Shown here piece after piece: positions 29,353 to 38,600 of a DNA stretch of 64,000 nucleotides. The notes beneath the pieces were generated by a model. The model made no database searches, was not told where the DNA came from, and worked only from the letters and a program-made list of their open reading frames with translations. Source of the DNA: Flavobacteriales bacterium (GTDB taxonomy: Bacteria; Bacteroidota; Bacteroidia; Flavobacteriales_F; PHOS-HE28); NCBI GenBank assembly GCA_016715895.1, contig JADJXH010000004.1, positions 287,522 to 351,521 of the forward strand. Reading direction: 5' to 3'. How positions within the stretch are numbered: position 1 is the stretch's first letter; every line of letters starts with the position of its first letter. The position numbers and the translations under genes were made by a program.

Positions 29353-30573
29353 GTCATCCTCCGCCGCTTCCATCACCGCCACCGGGGCGCTGCAATTCTC
29401 CACCTGGCCCAGCCACCGCGCCACGTGCCACAGGGTGTCGCCGTCGATGGTGATGAAACCGCCTGACATGTACAGCTCATCGCGCCACACGGTGAACCCG
29501 TTCGCTTTTCCACCCGGGGTTTGCATGGCATAGCTGCCCCCCAGGCCACACCAGCGGCTGCCGTCCCAGCGCGCGGCGTTCTCCGCCGGCACCCCGCCGG
29601 CGTAGTTGAACTGCCCGGCCACGTACAGGTCGCCGTTCCACGCGTGCAGGTCCAGCGCCACGCCTTGCGTGCTTGCGGGCAGCGCCGCCAGCAGCCCACT
29701 ACCCAGGGTCTGCCACTGGGTTCCGTTGAAGCGCGCCACCATGTTGCCCGGCGCTCCGCCCGCCTCGAAGAACCACCCGCACACGTACAGCCAGCCGTCC
29801 TTGATCAGCACGTCCTTGATCGGGTCCAGGGTGCTCCACCCCGGCACAGCCTCCCAGGCCGCGCCGTTCCAGCGCATGAAGCTGTAGTGCTGCCCTTGCA
29901 GGGGGTCGAAGAACAGGCCGGTGATGTAGGGCACGCCCTGGTACTTGAAGGCGAAGCCCACGTAGCTGGTGGGCCCGTGGTGCAGCACCGGCGCCCGGTA
30001 GGGGCTGGGCACGATGGTATCGCCCACGTAAGCGAACACGCAGCTGCTGTCGTAGCCGCACAGAGTGCCCCGGTAACCGGTGAGGTACATGGTGTCCTGC
30101 GGAAAGTGCGGCACCAGGGTGGCCATACCGCCCACGCCGGGGTTCACGCAGGGCAGGCGCTCCCACCCGTTGGTCTGCTCGTTCCAGCGGGCAAAGGACT
30201 CGTTCACCACCGAATCGGCGTCCCAAAAAACGAATGCACCATTTGCGTGCAAGCGGCCGTCGATCCGCATGAACTCGTACATGTTCGAACAAATATTCCC
30301 GCCACCACAAACGCCCACCGGAGCAGGCAGTGCAGACCAAGTTGCCCCGTCCCACATGGCCGCACCAGCGGTGTAGATCGAATCAGCCCCCACTACAGCC
30401 CACTTGAAATTGCCGCCAACTAAGAGCTTATCCCACACACTGTCCCCGTAAACCACATTCACCTGCGAGTGCAGCTTTGCCAAGGGCTGCAAGGGTGCCC
30501 AGTACTGCCCCATGCCCGCCGCTCCGGTACCGCACATCAGCAGCACCGCCAAGGTCCTGGCGCTCCTCATCAC
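29125..30573 (-). CDS. T9SS cargo protein (beta-propeller-like body, type-A C-terminal sorting domain)
   Basis: Signal peptide 'MMRSARTLAVLLMCGTGAAG'. W/G/Y-rich propeller-like repeats. Por_Secre_tail C-terminus 'APWLIPLEPGQWRLRLPAGVVGQLAVWDAQGRLV...APGVYLARLEEANGAVRSVKALR'. Overlaps the upstream cargo gene by 4 nt. Confidence 0.7.
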   Translation of the reverse strand: MMRSARTLAVLLMCGTGAAGMGQYWAPLQPLAKLHSQVNVVYGDSVWDKLLVGGNFKWAVVGADSIYTAGAAMWDGATWSALPAPVGVCGGGNICSNMYEFMRIDGRLHANGAFVFWDADSVVNESFARWNEQTNGWERLPCVNPGVGGMATLVPHFPQDTMYLTGYRGTLCGYDSSCVFAYVGDTIVPSPYRAPVLHHGPTSYVGFAFKYQGVPYITGLFFDPLQGQHYSFMRWNGAAWEAVPGWSTLDPIKDVLIKDGWLYVCGWFFEAGGAPGNMVARFNGTQWQTLGSGLLAALPASTQGVALDLHAWNGDLYVAGQFNYAGGVPAENAARWDGSRWCGLGGSYAMQTPGGKANGFTVWRDELYMSGGFITIDGDTLWHVARWLGQVENCSAPVAVMEAAEDDEAPWLIPLEPGQWRLRLPAGVVGQLAVWDAQGRLVLMQSHARDGHVVDLAAAAPGVYLARLEEANGAVRSVKALR

Positions 30574-30795
30574 CGCAGGGCCTTAACCGATCGAACCGCA
30601 CCGCTCACCTCCACCAAACGCGCCAGGTACACACCCGGTGCGCGGTCGGCCAGGTCCACCACATTCCCGTCCTGCGCCCTGGCGACCATCTGCACCAAGC
30701 GGCCCCGCGCGTCCCACAGCTCCAGGCGGCCCGCATGGCCCTGGGGCAAGCGTACCTGCCACCGCCCGGGCTCCAGGGGGATCAACCACGGGGCT
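30561..30795. repeat. CTD-coding repeat copy B
   Basis: See copy A. Covers the 3' end of the SBBP cargo gene plus a few nt of 3' flank. Confidence 0.8.
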
Positions 30796-33344
30796 TGGTC
30801 CTCAGGGGCTGTCTCGGACACGCTCAGGTTGGGCGAGAGCCCGAAGCTGCAGATAAAGCCATCGTGGCTGTGGCCGGGATGCGGGTCGGTGGCGAAGAAG
30901 TCGTCGATGGGGTTGTAGTAGTGGGTGTTGTTGGTGGAGATCCAGCCATAACCACCGCCCAGGTTGTTGGTGAGGTCGCCATCGTACCAATCCAGCGGAC
31001 TCAGGGGATCGAACTCGCGCAGGGGAAAGCTCAGCTGGTCGCTGATGGCGCCGCCGGCCAGGTAGAGCTCCGTGACGCTGGCGGCCACGCCCCAGCCACG
31101 ATCGGCGTGGATGCCGCCCCAGTAGGTGGTCCAGATGGGCTCCTGGGTGGCGCCGTTCACCGCCAGCACGAAGGCATCGCGCCGGTCGCCACCGAAGGTG
31201 CCCAGCAAGGGCTGGTCGTACAGGGTGCCCGCCCCGGCATGCCAGATGCCGGTGGCGCTGCCGGTCTCCCCGGTGGCGTATAGGCGGCAGCCGGTGCCAC
31301 CTGCGTTGCAGGCCGGGTCCACCTCCAGGTCCAGCACGGCATCGGGGCCCTCGCCGCCGTAGAGGCTACCCCAGAGCAGGGCGCTGTTGCCGTGGCCGAA
31401 CTTGAGCAGGTAGCCATCGCCCTGGCCACCGGGCACATCCTGGTGCAAGGCGATGGGACCACCGGCGGGCAGCTGGGCGGCGGTGAGGTTGGTGCTGCGG
31501 GTGGTGCCCCCCACCCAAATGAAGGTGCCGAAGGCCTCGCTGCTCATCACCTCCAAGGCAAGCCCCAGTTCGCGGCCATTGCCACCCCAGTAGGTACACC
31601 ATTCGATCTGGTAGGCGTCCAGGTTCAAGCGGTCCACATAGGCATCGCGCTGGCCGCCGCCGGGGGTGCCTTGGTAGAAGTCGGCCGTGCCGGGCAGGTC
31701 CACCACGTCCAGGGGAAAGAGCGCCGGGTCCGCCAGCCCCGCCGTGGTGCCGGTGAGGTAGGCGTAGCGGCCCTGGGTGGTGTTGAGCAGGCGCAGGTCG
31801 GCCAGGCCGGTGATCTCGCCCATGCTGCCGAAGGGGGTGCGCCACTCGGCCTGGTAAGCGCTGTTGAAGAGGGTGAAGAAGCCCCCGCCTACCGGCTTGC
31901 TGAAGGCGCCCGACGGCGTCACATACGGATAATCGTATTGCAAGGGGTCCAGCGGCGTCTCGCTCAGGCGGCCGCCCCAGGCCACGATCCCGTCCGCATC
32001 CACGTCCACGGCCATGCCTTCGGCCAGCCACACATCGCCCAGCGGGGCGCCGTGCGTGGTGCTCCAGTCCATGCGCCCATCCAGTTTCCGGAACGCGCTG
32101 AGGTAGGCGTTCGGCTTGGACCAGACCTGAACAGGATCGGTATCCGCATTCGCAAATGCCGATCCCGGCCAAGCTTGCAAAGGAAAATTCAAGCTCACCG
32201 TACTTCCGGTGACGAAGACATAATCCTTGTCGGTGTCGGGTCCGCGGTACACGGCCAGGTCATAGGCTTTGTCCAGGTCGGCCGCGCCGCCGCCGGCCGC
32301 GCCACCGCCCAGGTAGGTGGCCCATAGGATGCGCTTGGTGCTGCCCTCGAACTTCATCACCACCGCATCCTCGCCGCCCATCAGGTTGTCGAAGGCAGGT
32401 GGATAGAACTGCGTTCCCGTACCGATCGGAAAGTGCGACTCGTATGCATACCCGCAGACGTAGGCGTTGCCGTCCTCGTCCACATCAGCGGCGGTGAGCT
32501 CATCGGCATCGTTGCCGCCCACATAGGTGCTCCAGCCGAGGTTGCGCGGGTCGGTGGGTTCCCAGGCGCCCAAGGGCGGCGGGCCGATCTGGAAGATGAG
32601 GGGCAGGTGAATGTCGTAGGGGCCGAAGTCGAAGGTGACCTGCGTGCTGCCCTGCACGTGCTCGTACTCGGCGCTCCAATAAACTGGCACAATGGTCCCC
32701 TGGCCGTCCACTTGGAAGGCGATCGCCTCCTCCAAGCGGAGGAACTTCTCACCGAAGTACATGCGCAGGGCCCCTTGCCAGTCCACGTTCAGGCTGTCCT
32801 GCCCGGTGAACTGGAGGATGATCTGCCCGGGTTCGCTGCCCGGCTGGCACACGAAGGCCATCTTGGGCCCGGAGCGGCCGCCGTAGAAATGCTGGTCGAT
32901 CTTGGGGTACACCTCTTTCTTGATGATGCGGCCTTTGGGATGCAGTCCGGTGGTGGCCGATGTACACCAAGGGAAGTAGAAGTTCTGTACCCAAGGCAGT
33001 TCGGCCGCATGGCCGATGATCGGCTCCTCGTTCGCGGATTCTCCCACAAGGGCCAGCTCCACGGAGCGCAAGGTGTCCGGTGTGCTCGCTGAGGTGTCGC
33101 GTTGGGCGAGGACGAAGCGTGAGCGGGTACCGGTCTGCACATAAACGCGCGGCAGCGTGCCACCGGTGTAGGCGATCACATCCTCATTCACGCTGCCATC
33201 ATCGTTCAGGAGCTGCCCGGCGTTCAGGGTGTACCAAGCATTCCCCACGGTATCGCCGAAGAAATCGGGAACCTGTGCGCACAACGGGCCTGCGGCCAAT
33301 ATCCATGCAACAAGGAACGATACGGGTCGAAGTTGCTGTTCCAT
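30570..33344 (-). CDS. T9SS cargo protein with SBBP-like beta-propeller repeats and type-A C-terminal sorting domain
   Basis: Signal peptide. Repeated 'TYLGG...D.A.AVD..GN.YV.G.T.S..FP'-type (SBBP-like) units. C-terminal 75 aa nearly identical to the CTD of the downstream gene ('APWLIPLEPGRWQVRLPQGHAGRLELWDARGRLV...APGVYLARLVEVSGAVRSVKALR'). Confidence 0.7.
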   Translation of the reverse strand: MEQQLRPVSFLVAWILAAGPLCAQVPDFFGDTVGNAWYTLNAGQLLNDDGSVNEDVIAYTGGTLPRVYVQTGTRSRFVLAQRDTSASTPDTLRSVELALVGESANEEPIIGHAAELPWVQNFYFPWCTSATTGLHPKGRIIKKEVYPKIDQHFYGGRSGPKMAFVCQPGSEPGQIILQFTGQDSLNVDWQGALRMYFGEKFLRLEEAIAFQVDGQGTIVPVYWSAEYEHVQGSTQVTFDFGPYDIHLPLIFQIGPPPLGAWEPTDPRNLGWSTYVGGNDADELTAADVDEDGNAYVCGYAYESHFPIGTGTQFYPPAFDNLMGGEDAVVMKFEGSTKRILWATYLGGGAAGGGAADLDKAYDLAVYRGPDTDKDYVFVTGSTVSLNFPLQAWPGSAFANADTDPVQVWSKPNAYLSAFRKLDGRMDWSTTHGAPLGDVWLAEGMAVDVDADGIVAWGGRLSETPLDPLQYDYPYVTPSGAFSKPVGGGFFTLFNSAYQAEWRTPFGSMGEITGLADLRLLNTTQGRYAYLTGTTAGLADPALFPLDVVDLPGTADFYQGTPGGGQRDAYVDRLNLDAYQIEWCTYWGGNGRELGLALEVMSSEAFGTFIWVGGTTRSTNLTAAQLPAGGPIALHQDVPGGQGDGYLLKFGHGNSALLWGSLYGGEGPDAVLDLEVDPACNAGGTGCRLYATGETGSATGIWHAGAGTLYDQPLLGTFGGDRRDAFVLAVNGATQEPIWTTYWGGIHADRGWGVAASVTELYLAGGAISDQLSFPLREFDPLSPLDWYDGDLTNNLGGGYGWISTNNTHYYNPIDDFFATDPHPGHSHDGFICSFGLSPNLSVSETAPEDQAPWLIPLEPGRWQVRLPQGHAGRLELWDARGRLVQMVARAQDGNVVDLADRAPGVYLARLVEVSGAVRSVKALR

Positions 33345-33479
33345 GGTGATGCGGGTTGATGTCCCGAAAGTAAGGCCTGTTGATCACGAATGATCGACTT
33401 TTTATCCACCGTTCCTCGATCCATAACGACCGGTCCGCCCCACCCCGCCCCCTCAGATACCTTTGCGGCCCTTCCCCCT

Positions 33480-33968
33480 ATGGAGACCACGCTTTCACTG
33501 CCCGCCACCACGGACCGGGTGTCGCTCTACGCCGCGCTGATGCCCCAATTGCGGGCGCTGTTGGCGGAGGAACGTGACCCCATCGCCGCCATGGCCAACG
33601 TGAGCGCCGCCCTGCACCAGGCCTTCGGCTGGCATTGGGTGGGCTTCTACCGCGTGCTGGGCGCCGAGCTGGTGCTGGGTCCCTTCCAAGGGCCGGTGGC
33701 CTGCATGCGCATCGGCTTCGGCAAGGGCGTGTGCGGGGCGGCCTGGCAGCAGGAACGCACGTTGGTGGTGCCCGATGTGGAGCAGTTCCCCGGGCACATC
33801 GCCTGCAGCCCCCTGAGCCGGTCGGAGATCGTGGTGCCCCTGCGCGACCGGCACGGGCACGTGGCCGCCGTGCTCGACATCGACAGCAGCATGCTGAACG
33901 ACTTCAGCGAGGTGGATGCCCATGCCCTGGCGCAGGTGGGCGCCCTGCTGGAACCCCTCTTCGAATGA
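33480..33968 (+). CDS. GAF-domain protein, free methionine-(R)-sulfoxide reductase (MsrC/YebR-like)
   Basis: 162 aa. 'HWVGFYRV...ELVLGPFQGPVACMRIGFGKGVCGAAWQQERTLVVPDV...GHIACSPLSRSEIVVPL' matches the fRMsr GAF family, including its conserved Cys residues. Start trimmed to METTLSL. Confidence 0.75.
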   Translation: METTLSLPATTDRVSLYAALMPQLRALLAEERDPIAAMANVSAALHQAFGWHWVGFYRVLGAELVLGPFQGPVACMRIGFGKGVCGAAWQQERTLVVPDVEQFPGHIACSPLSRSEIVVPLRDRHGHVAAVLDIDSSMLNDFSEVDAHALAQVGALLEPLFE

Positions 33969-35533
33969 GCCGGCACGCGGCGACCGCCCTGGTGGTGTTC
34001 CTAGCAGCCTGTGCCCAGGTGCGCGACCCCACCGGCGGCCCCAAGGACGAGGATCCACCACAGCTGGTGTCCGCCGAACCACCGAGCGGCACCACGGGCT
34101 TCACGGGCGGGGCCATCACCCTGCGGTTCGACGAACGGATCGACCTGCGCAAGGTGCGCGATAACGTGGTGGTGTCACCACCCTTGGAGACCCCCTTGGA
34201 GGTGACCCGCACCGGTCCGCGGGACGTGCGGATCGACCTGCCCGGCCCGTTGCTGCCCAACACCACCTACGTGATCAACCTGGGCCAGGCCGTGGTGGAC
34301 CTCACCGAAGGCAACGCCGCGGACGAGCTGGTGCACGTGGTGGCCACGGGCGATGTGGTGGACAGCCTGGAGGTGGCCGGAGCGGTGCGCCACGCCTACA
34401 CCGGGATGCCGGAAAAGGCCGTGGCCGTCCTGCTCTACGCCGAAGGCGACACCGCGGCCTTCACCACCGGCCGCCCGCGCTACATCGCCCGCACCGATGC
34501 CGAGGGCCGCTTCCGGCTGCGCTACCTGGCCGGGGGCCGCTACGCCCTTCGCGCGCTGCGCGACATGAACGGCAACCTGCGCTACGACCTGCCCGGCGAG
34601 GAGATCGCCTGCGACACCGCGGTGGTGGCGCTGCCCGGCGACAGTGCCATTCATGTGCTGGAACTGTACCGCGAGCCGGGCCTTCAGCCGCAGGTGATGG
34701 ACGACCGAGTGCTGCCGGAAGGCGCGCTGCAGCTGGTGTTCAGCAAGCCGGTGGACAGCCTCTCGGTGCTCACCCCGGCGGATGGGCCCCGTCCCGTCTG
34801 GACCTTGGAGTGGGGCCTCGGAAGGGACACGGTGTTGGCGTGGCCGCAGGACACCACCCTGCTGCACGGCGTGCGCGTGATCCTGAGGCCGGATACCGCC
34901 CCGGCGGACACGGTGACCTATCGCAGGCCGCCTCGCCCCCCCTTCAACCTGGTGCTGCGCGCGGGTGGCCCCGGGCCCAAGGGGGTGCCCCTGCGCGCCT
35001 CCCGTCCGATCGACCGGGTGGACACGGATCGGATCGCGGCCACCGGCCCGGGGGCGGATAGCGTGCGCTTCGCGGTGGAGCGGGATACGACCGACCGACG
35101 CGTGCTTTGGATCAGGCCGAAGGCCGGACCGTCGGGCTCCATCCTGCTGAAAACCAAGGCCGTGCACGATCTGTATGGCGGCTGGAACGACAGCACCACG
35201 GTGGCCTTGGCGGCGCCTGACCCGGACACGTTCGGCAGCCTGAAGCTCACGTTCGACGGCGGATCCGAGGAGGCCCTGATCGCCCTGCTGCAGGATGCCC
35301 AGGGGCGGGCCGTGCGCCGGCAGCCGCTCTCCGGCGGGCTGCGAAGCGTGGTGTGGGAGGGGCTCACCGCCGGCACCTACGCCATCCGCGTGGTGCGGGA
35401 TGCCAACGGGAACGGCCGCTGGGACCCCGGACGCTGGCGGGAGGGCACTCTGCCGGAGCCCGTGCTGACCCATCCCGAGCCCGTGAACGTGCGCGCCGGC
35501 TGGGACCTGGAGGTGAACTGGACCCTGCCCTGA
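33965..35533 (+). CDS. Lipoprotein with tandem Ig-like/beta-sandwich domains (hypothetical)
   Basis: ATGA overlap with the msrC-like stop. Lipobox 'LVVFLAACAQ'. Several ~90-aa beta-rich units. Confidence 0.5.
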   Translation: MSRHAATALVVFLAACAQVRDPTGGPKDEDPPQLVSAEPPSGTTGFTGGAITLRFDERIDLRKVRDNVVVSPPLETPLEVTRTGPRDVRIDLPGPLLPNTTYVINLGQAVVDLTEGNAADELVHVVATGDVVDSLEVAGAVRHAYTGMPEKAVAVLLYAEGDTAAFTTGRPRYIARTDAEGRFRLRYLAGGRYALRALRDMNGNLRYDLPGEEIACDTAVVALPGDSAIHVLELYREPGLQPQVMDDRVLPEGALQLVFSKPVDSLSVLTPADGPRPVWTLEWGLGRDTVLAWPQDTTLLHGVRVILRPDTAPADTVTYRRPPRPPFNLVLRAGGPGPKGVPLRASRPIDRVDTDRIAATGPGADSVRFAVERDTTDRRVLWIRPKAGPSGSILLKTKAVHDLYGGWNDSTTVALAAPDPDTFGSLKLTFDGGSEEALIALLQDAQGRAVRRQPLSGGLRSVVWEGLTAGTYAIRVVRDANGNGRWDPGRWREGTLPEPVLTHPEPVNVRAGWDLEVNWTLP

Positions 35534-35674
35534 GATGTTTTTCTGCGGCTGGCAACGCCGGGCGGACCCTTCGCGTCATGTAGTCGGTCCACCAGCGGCT
35601 GTGCACGACCGGTTCCCGTTCCCTGCGGTACCTTTCAGCACCGGCCGACCTTTGAGACCCGAACGAACCTGACG

Positions 35675-38600
35675 ATGATGATGCGATCCTTTCTGTGCGC
35701 ACTGCCCGTGGTGGCGGTGCTGAGCCTGGGCCAGGTCCATGGCCAGGGTGTGGTGCCTACGATGGGCAAGGAGTTCTGGCTCGGTTTCATGCAGAACTAC
35801 CAGGGCAACCCCACCCAGAGCCTGGACATCTTCATCAGCTCCCCCGTGGCCACGGTGGGCGTGGTGACCATGCCGCTCGTGGGCTGGACGCAGGCGTTCA
35901 ACGTGAGCCCGAACGTCACCACCACCGTGACGATCCCCATCGCCACTGCGATGCACTATCAATCGGACATCATCGACAACAAGTCGGTGCTGGTGCAGAC
36001 GCAGGACACGGTGGCGGTGTTCGCCATCAACTTCGAGCAGTACACGGCGGACGGCACCACGGTGTATCCTGTGCAGTCCCTGGGCACCGAATACCGGATC
36101 CACGCGTATGGCGGTCTATCCGGTGTGGCCGGCCTCGCCTCCGAGTTCCTGATCGTCTCCACCCAGGATGACACCGAGGTGGAGATCACCACGACGGTGA
36201 ACACCGAGGGTGGCCACGTGGCCGGTGTGCCATGGACGGTGCAGCTGGACTCCGGGCAGACCTACCAGGTGAAGGCGGCAGGAACCAACGTCACAGACGA
36301 CTTCACCGGGACGACGATCATCGGGACGGCGCAGAGCGGTAGTTGCAGGCCGTTCGCGGTCTTCAGCGGTTCGGTGTGCACCAACATCCCCACCGGCTGT
36401 TACGCCTGTGACCACGTGGTGGAACAGAACCTGCCCAGGAACGTGTGGGGCCGGAAGTACTATTCCGTCCCCTACTCCACCACCACGGGCTACACATACC
36501 GCATCCTGGCCGATCAGAACGGCACGGTGGTGACGGTGAACGGTGGTCCGCCCATCAACCTGAACGCCGGACAGTTCACCGAGGTGAACGCTTACGGACA
36601 GGCGGCCTGCTTCGAGGGCAACGTGCCCTTCAGCGTGGCGCAGCTCATGGAGGGCATCACCTGCAGCGGCAACGGCGACCCTGCGCTGCTGATCCTGAAC
36701 GCCGAGGAGCAGCAGATCGACAACATCACCTTCAGCACGGTGTCGTCCACGGTGATCACGAACCACTACCTGAACATCATCACGGAGACGGCGAACATCA
36801 ACCAGGTCTCGCTGGACGGTGTGCTGGTGCCGGCGGCCAGCTTCACGGCCTACCCGGCCTGCCCCACAGCGGCCTATGCCAGCGTGCCCCTGACCCAGGG
36901 AAGCCACACGCTCACCTGCCCGGGTGGCCTGTCGGCCTATGTGTACGGCATGGGCAGTGCGGAGAGCTACGCCTACTCGGTGGGCTCCTTCACCCCGCTG
37001 CCGCCCATCAACATCGACTCGGTGTTCTGTGGTGTGGACAGCACCGGCACGCTGACCCTGGCCCCGCCCAACCCGCTCTTCAACCCGTTCTGGACGGTGA
37101 TCTCCGACCCGACGGACACCCTGCACTACGGGTTCTCCTACACCTTCACGCCCCCCGGTAGTGACGTGTACGTGGTCACGGGTTATGAGAACCTGAGCCA
37201 GTGCGAGGAGCAGTACTTCTTCAGCGTGGAAGTGGACACGCCGCCGCTGCTGACACCTACCGCCAATGGGGTGCCTTCACCGGCCTCGATCACGATCTGT
37301 GAGTATGAGACGGTGCAGTTGAACGTGGATGTGGACCCACCCGGCACCTACCTCTACAACTGGTGGCCGGACCCGCAGTTGAACGATGGATCGCTGCAGA
37401 ACCCGATCGCCACGCCCACGCAGAGCGGCTGGTTCTATGTGAGCGTGAGCACCCTGAACGGGTGCGCCGTGAGCCTGGACAGCGTGTACATCGACGTGAT
37501 CCAGGGCGACATCCTGCTCTACGAGGCCAGCACGGCCGTGGACGCCCTGTGCCTGGGTGATTCCTCGCAGCTGGACCTGCAGGTGCACCAGATCATCGCC
37601 GAGGACCCCTTCGACCTGGTGTTCTCGCCGATGTGGAGCTCGATCCAGGGCGGCACGATCAGCAATGCCTGCGGATCGGTGTTCGGCGATGCGCTCTATT
37701 TCGACGGCGTGAATCCGCGGCAGGCCACCACGGGTGCGATGAACGTGATCAACGGCGGCAGTGTGAGCTTCGCCATCAAGATCGGTGCGGCGGCCCCGCC
37801 CTGCGACGATGCGGACCCGGGCGAGGACGTGGTGCTGGAATACTCCACGAACGGCGGTGGTGCGTGGACCGTGATGGCCACCCTCTGGGAGTACCTCTAC
37901 CCGAACTTCACCACGGTGAGCTACCCCATTCCCCCTGCCGCGCAGACGGGAGCCACCCTCTTCCGTTGGCGGCAGCTGGCCAGCAGCGGCCCCGGCAACG
38001 ACAACTGGAGCCTGGACAACGTCGCCATCGGCGCCCAAGGCACCACGGGGCTCACGATCAACTGGTCGCCCGCCGCCACCCTCAGCGCGGCGAACATCAC
38101 CAACCCGATGGCCTACCCCACCAGCACGGGGTGGTACTATGTGCAGAGCACGCTCACCGGCACCCAGTGCAGCTATCAGGACTCGGTGTACATCGAGGTG
38201 GGTGCGCCGTTCAGCATCGCCATGACCCCGGACACCGCGATCTGCGACCTGGGCGGCATCCAGCTCGATGCAGCGCCGAGCTCGGGCACCAACCACACCT
38301 GGACGTGGACCCCGAACAACGGCACGCTCTCGGCCACCTTCGTCCAATCACCCATCGCCACACCGGCCACCACCACGGAGTACTTCGTGACGGTGACCAC
38401 CGGCCAGGGCTGCAGCGCCACCGACAGCGTGACCATCACCGTGAACCAACTGCTGGGGCTGACGATCACCACACCGGATGACGACCTGTGCCAGGGGGAA
38501 AGCACCCTGCTCGATGCCACCATCGCCGGCAACACCACCAACCTGGTGTACAGCTGGACGCCTGCCGGCTCGTTGAGCGACGGCACCGTGCAGGATCCCA

